Shown in pieces: positions 9,783 through 19,235 of a stretch of 64,000 nt of DNA (its first letter is position 1; the number at the start of each line of letters is the position of its first letter). The notes under the pieces are model-generated. The model was given only the letters and a program-made list of their open reading frames with translations. It was not told the DNA's origin and made no database searches. The translations under genes and the position numbers were made by a program. Source of the DNA: Myxococcales bacterium UBA4248 (GTDB taxonomy: Bacteria; Myxococcota_A; Bradymonadia; UBA4248); assembly GCA_002395385.1 (NCBI GenBank), contig DGWW01000147.1, positions 1,214 through 65,213 on the forward strand, given 5' to 3'.

Positions 9783-10238
9783 CTACTTCTTCATGCTGTC
9801 TGCTTTCGATTTAAGAACATCCTCTTCGGCCGTCAGCTGCTGCACCTGAGCTTCGAGCTTGCCGTATTCCGCCTTCAATGCTTTCAGTTTGGCTTCCGCT
9901 TCCATTGCTTTGCCCATTTCAACATCACGCAGCATGGATGCTTCAACGAAATCAATATAGACACCAAGCTTGAGCACGAGCGAGCTGACTTTTTCTTTCT
10001 CTTCTTTACCAATTAAGATGAGAGCTTCATCGATCCAGCTCGAAATCTGGGACATTTCGCTGTTATATCGTGCCGTATCGCCCGTTTTGATCTTTTCTAC
10101 CCGGAGCTGATACTGACGAACATCATCCCTCAACACCTTAATATCCTGAGCAAACACCTGGGAAACAGGGATGCTCATAAAAATGCCCAATCCCAGAAGG
10201 ACTCCTCGTCCTAAGCGCTTCAAATTCTTCTCAGACAT
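9783..10238 (-). CDS. secreted helical/coiled-coil hypothetical protein
   Basis: Start MSEKNL after a GAGGAG RBS. Signal peptide ending VFA; heptad C-terminus; abuts the OmpA-like gene. Confidence 0.7.
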   Translation of the reverse strand: MSEKNLKRLGRGVLLGLGIFMSIPVSQVFAQDIKVLRDDVRQYQLRVEKIKTGDTARYNSEMSQISSWIDEALILIGKEEKEKVSSLVLKLGVYIDFVEASMLRDVEMGKAMEAEAKLKALKAEYGKLEAQVQQLTAEEDVLKSKADSMKK

Positions 10239-10592
10239 CACAATCTCCTCTGCATGATTTATCAGCCTCACCATAAGGCTTTAAACAAGAGACACGGATA
10301 CTTAGCGCGAAATATCCCCAATTTCAACATTTCTCTGCGACCTCCGAAAAAACACACAAATAAAAAGTTATGTACAAACACCGCATAGCCCCCATTTATC
10401 CATGATTCAGATTTTGCAATACCCACTTTTTAGCCCCTATCATTATATATATGCAAATGAGCCAAGCCAGGGTGAAGCAGACGCATGCTCATTCTTGCCG
10501 GGGGAGCAGAAGACTGGCGTTTGGCGCATGCATAACCATGAAAGCAAGAGACGTGAGCAGTCACCCCGGATCCCGAGCCGGCACAGGGGGTA

Positions 10593-10619
10593 GGCGCGTA
10601 TTTGCTTGCAAATAGCGCC
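10593..10619 (+). repeat. bulged-hairpin element (single)
   Basis: ggcgc[g]tatttgc-tt-gcaaata-gcgcc. Confidence 0.75.
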
Positions 10620-10900
10620 GAAGGGGGCTTGCCCCCTACCCAAAACGCAATAAAGCCAAGCTCGTTTGTATGAATCACTGAAAAAAACACGTTCTACCCG
10701 TTCACAGACCATTATTTTTTTGGCATCGCCAAACCCTCATAAAACGAGCATATCATAACGCATTCCCCACATTTCACGCCCTATTGTCCTGTCCCAACGG
10801 GACTTATTCATATTAATTTTGCTTTCGATCATAAAATCACGTATCTTAGAATTAGTTTTTTTGTTTCGGTAACATGTCCGAACCAAGAGGAGCATTTTGA

Positions 10901-11263
10901 ATGCCCAAAGTGATGATTTTAGACAATCAGCTTTCGGATGTTTTCGAGCTGGAAGATATTCTAAAAGCGGCGGGGTACGAAGTATGCTCTCTGACAGGGC
11001 CGTATGGGATTCTTTCGAAATTTGATTTTGAGAAACCCGATATTCTCCTGTTCAACCCGGACATGCCGAACGTCGATACAGATACCGTCCTGTCAACGCT
11101 CATGACGGCTTCAACCATGTCCAAAATGATTGTTGTACTGCTATGCAGCGGTGACGAAGAGGCAATCGAACAGTACTGCAAGCAAATGAACCTTCATGGT
11201 TATTACATGAAGGAGTCAGGCTATGACCAGATCGTCGATTATCTGAAGCTGTTTTATCAATAA
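10901..11263 (+). CDS. single-domain response regulator (atypical receiver)
   Basis: KVMILDNQ, PDILLFNPDMP, YYMK receiver pattern; GAGGAG RBS. Confidence 0.85.
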   Translation: MPKVMILDNQLSDVFELEDILKAAGYEVCSLTGPYGILSKFDFEKPDILLFNPDMPNVDTDTVLSTLMTASTMSKMIVVLLCSGDEEAIEQYCKQMNLHGYYMKESGYDQIVDYLKLFYQ

Positions 11264-11333
11264 AAGAATTCAGTTATTGGTGCGATCTCCGCTCCGTTTT
11301 TAGTTTACCAGCAAAACGAGGCAACCCTAAGTC

Positions 11334-12404
11334 ATGAATGCGCAACGGCTTGGCCCCTATCTTCTGCTCAAACGTCTTGGCATAGGCGGTATGGCTGAGA
11401 CATGGCTGGCTGCGCGTCAGATTTCGACAGATGTGATCAAATTTGTAGCGCTGAAATGCATTCTGAGTGCATACAATGCCATTCCCGACTATATCCGTTT
11501 ATTCTATCGGGAAGCGGCCATCAGCCTTGCCCTTGATCACTCCAATATCATAAACATCTGGGACTGTGACGTCATAGAGGGACGCCATGTCATGGTCATG
11601 GAGTTTATGGAAGGTGTCACGCTCGATGCATTGCTCAAGCGTGCGCCATGTCATCAGCTTACGCCCGAAATTGCATCGTATATTGCGCTGGAAATTTTGA
11701 ACGCCCTGTCCTACCTTCATTCGCTGCAGCAAAGGGATGGCACGCCTCTTCACATCATTCATCGCGACATCAATCCCCAGAATATTTTTATTTATTACGA
11801 TGGAAGGTGCAAGCTATTCGATTTTGGCGTAGCCCGGACAGGATCCTTTGAAGATGATTTGCAGCAGGGCATGCTCGTTGGCAAGCCTGCTTACATGAGC
11901 CCCGAACAATGTTACGGAAATGCGTTGGATCCCCGAAGTGACTTATTCTCACTCGCCACGGTGTTATATGAAATGTCGACGGGGCATTCTGCTTTTGGCA
12001 GTGACAATGACATCAAAACGCTCAATGCCGTCATGACTCAGAATCCCGTTTCACCGTCAGCGCACAACACCATTTTTCCTTCATTTCTCTCGCGCATCAT
12101 CATGAGAGGGCTTGAAAAAGATCCCAGCCATCGCTACGCGGATGCCAATGCATTTATTCAGGATCTGGCGATGTTCCGAAAAGTGACCGGAAATTCCGGC
12201 GGACAGACGATTCTTCAGGGATGGATGTCTGCACTGTTTGCAGATGAAATCTCGCAGTCCAAGGCTTACCTCACCCAGGTTGCATCCGATTTGTCGCAAA
12301 GTGCCCCCACTCTGGATGAACTCATCGCATCATCCCAAATGCTCGACTCATTCTCGGGCACAGGGGGCAGCCTTCAAATAACAATGTCAAAGCTGCCATC
12401 CTGA
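11334..12404 (+). CDS. Ser/Thr protein kinase (cytoplasmic)
   Basis: LGIGGMAETW, VALK, HRDINPQN, DFG, YMSPE, DLFSL. Confidence 0.92.
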   Translation: MNAQRLGPYLLLKRLGIGGMAETWLAARQISTDVIKFVALKCILSAYNAIPDYIRLFYREAAISLALDHSNIINIWDCDVIEGRHVMVMEFMEGVTLDALLKRAPCHQLTPEIASYIALEILNALSYLHSLQQRDGTPLHIIHRDINPQNIFIYYDGRCKLFDFGVARTGSFEDDLQQGMLVGKPAYMSPEQCYGNALDPRSDLFSLATVLYEMSTGHSAFGSDNDIKTLNAVMTQNPVSPSAHNTIFPSFLSRIIMRGLEKDPSHRYADANAFIQDLAMFRKVTGNSGGQTILQGWMSALFADEISQSKAYLTQVASDLSQSAPTLDELIASSQMLDSFSGTGGSLQITMSKLPS

Positions 12405-12420
12405 AAATGAAATACTCGAG

Positions 12421-12624
12421 GTAACCGTTGAGCCCGTATGCTATTTCTAAAGCCTCGAGGTTGAATCATTATAAGGCATGGGGCAGAAGTGGCTCAGACA
12501 CAGAGCTTTAGCGATTGTCGGGATTCATGTTTTTCCCTGAGAATACTTACTGTTGCCTACAGCCTGCTGCCCGGTTGACTCAGCCTCATTCCTTAAGATG
12601 AGATCATAGGGGCTGAACAGAAAC
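12421..12624. mobile_element. degenerate MITE, TIR family A
   Basis: gtaaccgttgagcccgtatg ... cataggggctgaacagaaac termini. Interior 12481-12610 resembles 54215-54340. No TSD seen. Confidence 0.55.
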
Positions 12625-12724
12625 CGGGATTGCTTGAATAATTGCCTCATGCGAGTTTAATCGTTACATTATGTTGCCAATGTTTTTATGGCGCGGTAAA
12701 ATAAATAGCCTTTAACTTTTCGTT

Positions 12725-14944
12725 GTGTTGGATAGTCCCGTGATACAGCCTAAAATTTTTGGAAAATTCATTTTACTTGAGCGAGTCAGCGTCGGTGGCA
12801 TGGCAGAGGTCTACCGAGCCAAACTTCTGGATGCTCCGGACTTTGAACGTTTTTTTGCCATCAAGCGCATCCTGCCGCATCTAGCAGCAGACGAAGACTT
12901 TGTCTCCATGTTTATTAACGAGGCAAAGCTGGCAGTAGAACTTGAGCACCCCAATGTATGCCAAATCTATGAGTTGGGACGTCTTGGCGATTCCCACTAC
13001 ATCGCGATGGAATACATTGCAGGCCGTGATGTCAAAGCCATCCAGGAATACTACCGCAAAAAGAAAAAAATCATGAGTGTCAGTCAGGCATGTTTTATCA
13101 TTGCCCAGGCGGCACAGGGGCTGGATTATGCCCATCGTGCGGTGGATAAAGACGGGCAGCCGATGGGAATCGTCCACCGGGATGTGAGCCCGCAAAACCT
13201 GCTCGTCACTTATGATGGCGTCGTCAAGCTCATCGATTTTGGCGTCTCAAAAGCAGCTCGCAAGACATCCCATTCGATGGATGGCGTGCTTAAGGGCAAG
13301 TACAGCTACATGAGCCCCGAACAGGCGATGAATCAGGAAATCGATCATCGATCCGATATTTTTGCACTTGGTGTCATCTTTTGGGAGCTTCTGACAGGGC
13401 GCAGACTTTTTCAGGCAGAAGCAGAAATCGCCATTCTTGAGATGATCTCCGAATGCGACATTACCCCGCCCACCAAATACAACAAGCTCATACCGGATGC
13501 AGTCGAAAAGATCTGCATGAAGGCACTCTCGAAAGACATTTCAAAACGCTACAAATTTGCGAGTGAAATGGTCGTCGACTTGATTGAATTTATCAGCAGC
13601 TGCAAGACACCTTTTACGCAATGGCACCTTCAGACCTGGATGTGCAAAGCATTTGCAAAGGAATTTGAAGAAGAGTGGGAGAAGATTCCCATCTTCAAGC
13701 AGATCAACACAGTCGAAGATGTCGACAGATACAACCGCGAGCATGCCAGCAGTTATACCAGCGACACAGGTTCAAAGCCCAAAGCAATTGATTCTGCCGC
13801 ATTATCCGAGGCATCACTCGATGAGCTTGAGAATGGCACTGCCCCACTGACAGAGGATGAGCTTGCCAAAGCCTCTTCGGCGAAGCTGTCGACAGTTCCC
13901 GCAGAAGTCATACGGGTCGAGGCCCCCGAAGGCGGCAAAGCCATCCCCATTGTCAAGCCACGAACAGTCAAGGCCAAGGTTCCCGAAGGTTCCGGTCCTC
14001 GCCTCGACATATCCGCAGACTCACTCCATTCCGAAGAAGATGTTGAGCTCATTCCCGAAGGGGTCGCCCCCACGGTGTCCGACCCGAACTATGTGCGCAT
14101 GAAGCGCATCGTAAGACGCGCACGAACCCGCACCGGGCTTGCGATTTTTATTATCGTGCTTTGCATTTGCCTGATGGCAAGCCCACTCATCTTCGTTTTT
14201 GACTTAATACAGCTGCCCAAACCGGAACTGAAACTCCCGACATCGGCAGAAGTCACATTTAATATTGCCCCTACCTCAGAAAAATCAGCGGAAACAGAAG
14301 TATTTCTTTATCGTTTTCCGCGGAATGCGACAGACAAGCCGGCCGAAACAGCCAAAGGCGCCAATGTTACATTTTCATCCCTAGAGGCCGGTTCGTATTC
14401 GGTCGATGTCGTGATGCCCGGGTATGAGCGCGAAACCTTCAACATTGATCTCGAAAACGGCAGGTCCCAGGCACGCCTCGAGCTTTTGCGTCCCAAACCC
14501 GTCCTAACCAAATATACGGTGAATATTTCACCGGAGGACGCCCTTCTCTTTCTCGACGGAAAACGCATTCAGGGAGCAGGAAGCACCAGAATTATTGAAG
14601 GCACCGTGGGGAATAGCTACACCCTCCGAGCCTACAAACCAGGATTTCAGCCGAAGCTGCTTGCAGGAACAATCGAAGCCGACATGAAACTCACAATGGC
14701 ACTCGAACCGGGAAGTCCGGTAACGCTCCACGTAGCATCCTCTCCAGAACATTGCACCGTCATCGTCAGCAGCAACGGCAGCCAGATTGCCAAAGGCGAG
14801 ACGCCATATAAGCTAGAAATCAACCCGCAATTGAGCGACATTCATATCGAGGTATCTCATCCCGATTACGAGAAGTGGACTCAAACAGTGTCCATCAAAG
14901 ATCTCGAAGACCCCAATATCAAACTATTTGCAGACCTGAATTAA
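12725..14944 (+). CDS. membrane Ser/Thr protein kinase with PEGA domains
   Basis: GGMAEVY, AIK, HRDVSPQN, DFG, YMSPE; TM helix; C-terminal PEGA-like repeats. Start codon uncertain. Confidence 0.92.
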   Translation: MLDSPVIQPKIFGKFILLERVSVGGMAEVYRAKLLDAPDFERFFAIKRILPHLAADEDFVSMFINEAKLAVELEHPNVCQIYELGRLGDSHYIAMEYIAGRDVKAIQEYYRKKKKIMSVSQACFIIAQAAQGLDYAHRAVDKDGQPMGIVHRDVSPQNLLVTYDGVVKLIDFGVSKAARKTSHSMDGVLKGKYSYMSPEQAMNQEIDHRSDIFALGVIFWELLTGRRLFQAEAEIAILEMISECDITPPTKYNKLIPDAVEKICMKALSKDISKRYKFASEMVVDLIEFISSCKTPFTQWHLQTWMCKAFAKEFEEEWEKIPIFKQINTVEDVDRYNREHASSYTSDTGSKPKAIDSAALSEASLDELENGTAPLTEDELAKASSAKLSTVPAEVIRVEAPEGGKAIPIVKPRTVKAKVPEGSGPRLDISADSLHSEEDVELIPEGVAPTVSDPNYVRMKRIVRRARTRTGLAIFIIVLCICLMASPLIFVFDLIQLPKPELKLPTSAEVTFNIAPTSEKSAETEVFLYRFPRNATDKPAETAKGANVTFSSLEAGSYSVDVVMPGYERETFNIDLENGRSQARLELLRPKPVLTKYTVNISPEDALLFLDGKRIQGAGSTRIIEGTVGNSYTLRAYKPGFQPKLLAGTIEADMKLTMALEPGSPVTLHVASSPEHCTVIVSSNGSQIAKGETPYKLEINPQLSDIHIEVSHPDYEKWTQTVSIKDLEDPNIKLFADLN

Positions 14945-15156
14945 CCCTTTGGCGATGTTTCATCAGCGTGGACATGAATTCGGCTGAATAGTAAGGATAA
15001 AACATTTCGGACATCTGAATCCACTTGACGCAAGAGATTAAGATGAAGTAAACTACGTAACCGCGTCGGCATCTAAATTTGCCATGTATTTAAAAACAGT
15101 TCGTGCATTTGTAAACAAACAACATGCAAACGACAATTGAGGAAGCTTAGGAGGGG

Positions 15157-16272
15157 ATGTTGAATTCTTTGAACAATAATCCCGGGTATGGAAATTTGGA
15201 CGGTATATCCGAAGAAGAAGTTGTCATCAAGGAAGAGTACGAGCCAGAGCCGGATGACTATAACTATGTACCGCAGATTCACGAAGTAGACGAAGCGGAG
15301 ATTCGCAATCTGTCCGCAATCCGCGAAGAGACCCAGGTAGACACCCGTGTCTACAAAGTCAGTGCGGCATTCCTTGTATTGGCACTCATCGGTGGTGGAA
15401 TTGGTCTTGCTGCGGCATCGCACTCTGCCTCCAAGGCAGACATTCAGCGCAAAGCTTCAATTGCCAAAACAATCAAAAATACGACAGAGACCAAGCTGTC
15501 CGGTTTTGACAAGTTCTATTCAGAATTTTCAAAAGTGGCGCAGGCCAACTACGATGAATCGAGCTTCCAAAGTGTCATTGCACAATACAGCAAGTACAAT
15601 TTTATGCTGGACATGTCGAGCGAGGTCACGTCTGAAGCCGTTTTGCTGGCAGGTGAAGCCCAGAATCCGCTCGAAGGTCTGCGTAAATATTCTGCCGACA
15701 CAATGCTTCTGACGCAGCTTTTGAGTTCCCACGTCAACGAGACACGTGCGGACTCGGATGAAATCCTCGAGCTCCAGAGCAAGAGTGACCATTCGAAAGT
15801 TGTATATGCCATGCAGGTTTTGCCGGATGCCATCCATTATCTTGCAACGGATGCCCCGCGTTCCCAGTATGCCAACGGCGTCATCGGCATCTACACCTAT
15901 CGCAGTGTCATCGAAGACGATGTCGAAGCATCGAGTGCATACAGCCAGTTAAAGGTCGATCAGAGATGGTCAGAGTGGCAGCGTTCGCGCCGCGATTATC
16001 AGCCGGCAAACAAGAAAGAGGCCATTCCAGAAGGTCTCGATCTCCCCAATCACCTGCTGTACCGCGTACTCGACCGACGTGGCAACGAATCCTTGCTTTT
16101 TGCAGACGAAGTCATCCTCGTCGACCGTTCTTTGCTCTTCGGCAAGTCGGCAAATGCCCTCGAACGCTACCAGCAGCGCAATGAGATGATCAAAGCCGTG
16201 CTCGATCGTGCAAAATCAGAAAGTGCAAGCATCGTTTCCCAACTCGAATCGTTTATTCCAAAAGATAAGTAA
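15157..16272 (+). CDS. hypothetical single-pass membrane protein (paralog 1)
   Basis: AGGAGG RBS, TM helix, shares motifs with the next gene. Confidence 0.8.
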   Translation: MLNSLNNNPGYGNLDGISEEEVVIKEEYEPEPDDYNYVPQIHEVDEAEIRNLSAIREETQVDTRVYKVSAAFLVLALIGGGIGLAAASHSASKADIQRKASIAKTIKNTTETKLSGFDKFYSEFSKVAQANYDESSFQSVIAQYSKYNFMLDMSSEVTSEAVLLAGEAQNPLEGLRKYSADTMLLTQLLSSHVNETRADSDEILELQSKSDHSKVVYAMQVLPDAIHYLATDAPRSQYANGVIGIYTYRSVIEDDVEASSAYSQLKVDQRWSEWQRSRRDYQPANKKEAIPEGLDLPNHLLYRVLDRRGNESLLFADEVILVDRSLLFGKSANALERYQQRNEMIKAVLDRAKSESASIVSQLESFIPKDK

Positions 16273-16365
16273 GACCATACGGCACTTCCGTTGCCGTCAC
16301 TCCCTGATATAATCAATTTATTTAGCATTAGACGGATTCGTCCGCCCTTGTTTGCTTAGGAGGGA

Positions 16366-17667
16366 ATGTTGAATTCTTCCAATAACTCAAAGTTCAAGAA
16401 TATCGATGAACTCAAAGCCCGTATGGCTGCCAAAAATAGCGGCGGCGGTGGCGGATTCGGCGGTGGCGCAGGCGGCTTCGGCGGCGGTGGCGGTTTCGGC
16501 GGCGGATTCAGTGGGAAAGTTCCCAAACAATCCAAAGAAATCGTCATTCATGATGAAGATAAAGGCCCAGGGAAAATGTTCGACTTCGATATGGATCAGG
16601 TCGATAAATCCCTCATGCCACCCAAAGATAATACGAAACCTATCATGGTTTGTTTCGTAGGCGTCATCTGCCTCGTTTTCGGATGCTTCATCGGATGGTG
16701 CTGGCAGGGCGTTCTCGCCGATCGCGCGAGCGTTAACGAACGTATCAAAGTCGCAAATGAAGTTGAGGGTCACGTTCAGCCCAAAATCGATGCCTTCCAA
16801 ACTTTTGCACAGGTCTGGAAACAACGCAGCGAATCCCTCGGTGCCGGCGTCCTCGAATACAATCACGACTTCTACAATAACGTCATTAAAACTTATAAAA
16901 GCAAAAACTTTATCCTCGACGTCAGCTCCGACCTGCCCAAAGGTACCATCTCCATGGCCAGCAACTCCGCTCAAAATCCCCTGAGCGACCTCCGCGGCTT
17001 CGGTGCCGGTACCACACTCCTCGGCGCACTCCTCGATTCCCACATTCAGCAGACCGACGCTGATATGGATGAAATCCAGACCCTCCTCGGACAAAGCAGC
17101 GCCACCGACAGACATATCGTCTATGCTCTCAAAGTCGATGCCGCTCAATTGCTCACCCTCACCGAAATGGGCTCCGACCGTTTCCTCAAAGCCTTTACCT
17201 GCACACAAGTTTATCAGGTAAAACGCGCTATCACCGACGATACCGAAGCTAGCAAGATTTTCCAGCAAATGATCGATTCCGGTAAGGTTCCTGCCGATCA
17301 GGTCAAAGCCAGAACTTATTCCGAAGAAGAAGACGTTCAGAAGAAAAAGGCAAAGGAAAAAGCTGCAAAAGCCGCAAAAGCCGGTAAAAAAGTTGACGAA
17401 GTTGCCGAAATCACGACCGATCCCAACCTCGTACTGCCCAAACGTCTCATCTATGAGATCGTCGATAAATCCGGTGCTTCCCAATATGTCTTCGCCGATG
17501 AAGTCATTCTCATCGGACGCGACAAGCTCTTTGCTGAAAGCGCAAACGCCCTTGAGCGCTATCGTAAACGTATGATTCAGATACTGGCCATCCTCGGCGA
17601 AATCGAAAAAACGACCGATGGACTCCAGAACAGACTCCATATCATCGCTACCGAAGAGCCTCTATAA
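16366..17667 (+). CDS. hypothetical single-pass membrane protein (paralog 2)
   Basis: AGGAGG RBS, Gly/Phe-rich N-terminus, TM helix, strongly biased codon usage; QNPL..LR and FADEVIL..R..LF..SANALERY shared with paralog 1. Confidence 0.8.
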   Translation: MLNSSNNSKFKNIDELKARMAAKNSGGGGGFGGGAGGFGGGGGFGGGFSGKVPKQSKEIVIHDEDKGPGKMFDFDMDQVDKSLMPPKDNTKPIMVCFVGVICLVFGCFIGWCWQGVLADRASVNERIKVANEVEGHVQPKIDAFQTFAQVWKQRSESLGAGVLEYNHDFYNNVIKTYKSKNFILDVSSDLPKGTISMASNSAQNPLSDLRGFGAGTTLLGALLDSHIQQTDADMDEIQTLLGQSSATDRHIVYALKVDAAQLLTLTEMGSDRFLKAFTCTQVYQVKRAITDDTEASKIFQQMIDSGKVPADQVKARTYSEEEDVQKKKAKEKAAKAAKAGKKVDEVAEITTDPNLVLPKRLIYEIVDKSGASQYVFADEVILIGRDKLFAESANALERYRKRMIQILAILGEIEKTTDGLQNRLHIIATEEPL

Positions 17668-17675
17668 GCTACCTT

Positions 17676-17702
17676 AAAGCCTCTGGAAACAGAGGCTTTT
17701 TT
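17676..17702 (+). terminator. Rho-independent terminator
   Basis: aaagcctctg-gaaa-cagaggctttttt. Confidence 0.8.
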
Positions 17703-17778
17703 ATTGCCTGTTTCACATCTTTCTCCCCCGCTTCATTACCGATGATACACACCTCATCGCTTTTCTATTAAAGAGTGG

Positions 17779-17841
17779 GGCCGGGTTATTTCGCTGCGCT
17801 CAATACACCACGGCCTTCGACGCTATGATATACGCGTCGAA
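17779..17841 (-). repeat. tandem bulged-hairpin element
   Basis: ggccgggt-tatt...aata[c]acc(a)cggcc and ttcgacgc-tat-gat-ata[c]gcgtcgaa. Confidence 0.8.
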
Positions 17842-17878
17842 TTTTTTATTTGTACCTCGCTCACAAACGGCCAATGCC

Positions 17879-18421
17879 ATGCGTATTCTGTTTTCTGCTC
17901 TCATTTTCCTTACACTTGCCGCCCTATCCCCCGCTATCGCATCTGCACATCCGGATTCTCACGAAATTATTCAGAAAATTGCGCTCGAAGAACTCGCCAT
18001 CACCAATTCCAAACTCCCCATTGCTTTAAAATTGCCCAAAACCTGGAAATCTCAGCCCACCAATGAAAACACACTGATTTTCTGGGTGCCCTACCACAAT
18101 GGTGTGATGGGACATATCGAAAAGAGAGACAATCCCATGTCCTGGAACGATTCAATCTCGTTTCTCTCCGATTTTTTTAAAACCAAATTCAAAGAGGATT
18201 CGAAAGAAACTTTCCAGTTGGAATCGGGGATTCAAGGGGAAAAAGGTACGATTTCCGGCCCCATCGGTGGCGAGGAATACAGGTTATTTGTGTGCGTCGC
18301 CCAATTAGCGGACAACACGGTAATCTTGTATTACGCTTCTGCGCCGATTCTCTGGTTCCAGGCCTACGAACCTTTATTGAATGACATCCTCAAATCTTTC
18401 CAATTGCCCTCTGCCAATTAA
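17879..18421 (+). CDS. secreted hypothetical protein (possible PsbP/DcrB-like fold)
   Basis: Signal peptide MRILFS...ASA; LKLPKTWK start and F..IL.SF-like end resemble PsbP-like proteins. Confidence 0.6.
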   Translation: MRILFSALIFLTLAALSPAIASAHPDSHEIIQKIALEELAITNSKLPIALKLPKTWKSQPTNENTLIFWVPYHNGVMGHIEKRDNPMSWNDSISFLSDFFKTKFKEDSKETFQLESGIQGEKGTISGPIGGEEYRLFVCVAQLADNTVILYYASAPILWFQAYEPLLNDILKSFQLPSAN

Positions 18422-18432
18422 TCTTCTCTGAT

Positions 18433-18533
18433 CAGCTGCGCGTATGCCGCAGGCATAGCGCAGCTGCGCCGGGCGTATTTGGGGCAAAGCCCCAAATAGC
18501 CGGCATGCCGTCGGCGTATGAAATAGCCGCGGC
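18433..18533 (+). repeat. triple bulged-hairpin element
   Basis: cagctgcgc[g]tatgcc-gca-ggcata-gcgcagctg; gccgggc[g]tatttggggc-aaa-gccccaaata-gccggc; gccgtcggc[g]tat-gaa-ata-gccgcggc. Confidence 0.9.
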
Positions 18534-18535
18534 CC

Positions 18536-19000
18536 CTACCATCCAAACGGCTCTCGCAAGCAGTACGCATTGGGATAATACCGAATTCTCGGCATTTTTT
18601 TTCTGGGTACGATCAGTGCGGCAATATCGCAACGATATACAGCTTTGAGCCTTGCATGGTTACCAATCCACTGTCGGATCGTCGCAGACAATTTGCGTTG
18701 TTTTGCAGCTGTGACATTGAGTTCTGGGGATAGTCCTTCTGCATTTGAACGCGATTTGACCTCGACAAAAACGACAGTCGGATAGCCTTTCAAATCAGCA
18801 TGCATCTTACAGGCAATAATATCGACCTCGCCACGCGGCGTTTCATAATTGCGCGCAAGGATGCTCCAACCGCGATTTTTTAAATAATGTATGACCAAAT
18901 TCTCTGCACTGCGACCAACTCGTCTTGCAGCCGTCAAAAAACGATAATGCGGTGTCCAGAATTGCCTCTGATGTAAGTGTTTGTGAGTTTGTTTGTTCAT
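18536..19000 (-). CDS. yraN: YraN family (UPF0102) endonuclease
   Basis: G..AE......L...GW.IL.RNY....GEVDIIA...VFVEVKSR...KQRKL...RCD. Start MNKQTH after GGAGG. Confidence 0.9.
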   Translation of the reverse strand: MNKQTHKHLHQRQFWTPHYRFLTAARRVGRSAENLVIHYLKNRGWSILARNYETPRGEVDIIACKMHADLKGYPTVVFVEVKSRSNAEGLSPELNVTAAKQRKLSATIRQWIGNHARLKAVYRCDIAALIVPRKKMPRIRYYPNAYCLREPFGW

Positions 19001-19012
19001 TCTTTTCCTCCT

Positions 19013-19212
19013 TTGTCCACAAGTTATCCACAGGATTATCACCCCCCTTGTGCAAAATCAGGCGAGTCAAGCAGAAAAACTTCTTTCTCTAAAAATATAT
19101 TTTTCCTTTTAAATACAGTAGTTTACGAAAATTGATTCAATTTTATCCTTGACAGGGTTTTCATCCGTTCATCCACAGTTTAAATTGCCATCCTGTGGAT
19201 AAGTTGTGCACA
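19013..19212. promoter_or_regulatory. DnaA-box cluster (candidate oriC or DnaA-titration locus)
   Basis: Perfect TTATCCACA 19024-32 and TGTGGATAA 19194-202; near matches 19013-21, 19169-77, 19204-12; AT-rich centre about 19075-19146. Confidence 0.65.
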
Positions 19213-19235
19213 TTTGGGGAACTTGTGTACTTTTG

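Noticed and set aside
16387-17640. 417-aa antisense ORF (similar ones at 964-2154, 28879-29610, 34396-35028, 42160-42825)
   Set aside because: Shadow frames opposite codon-biased genes; no RBS or recognisable motifs.
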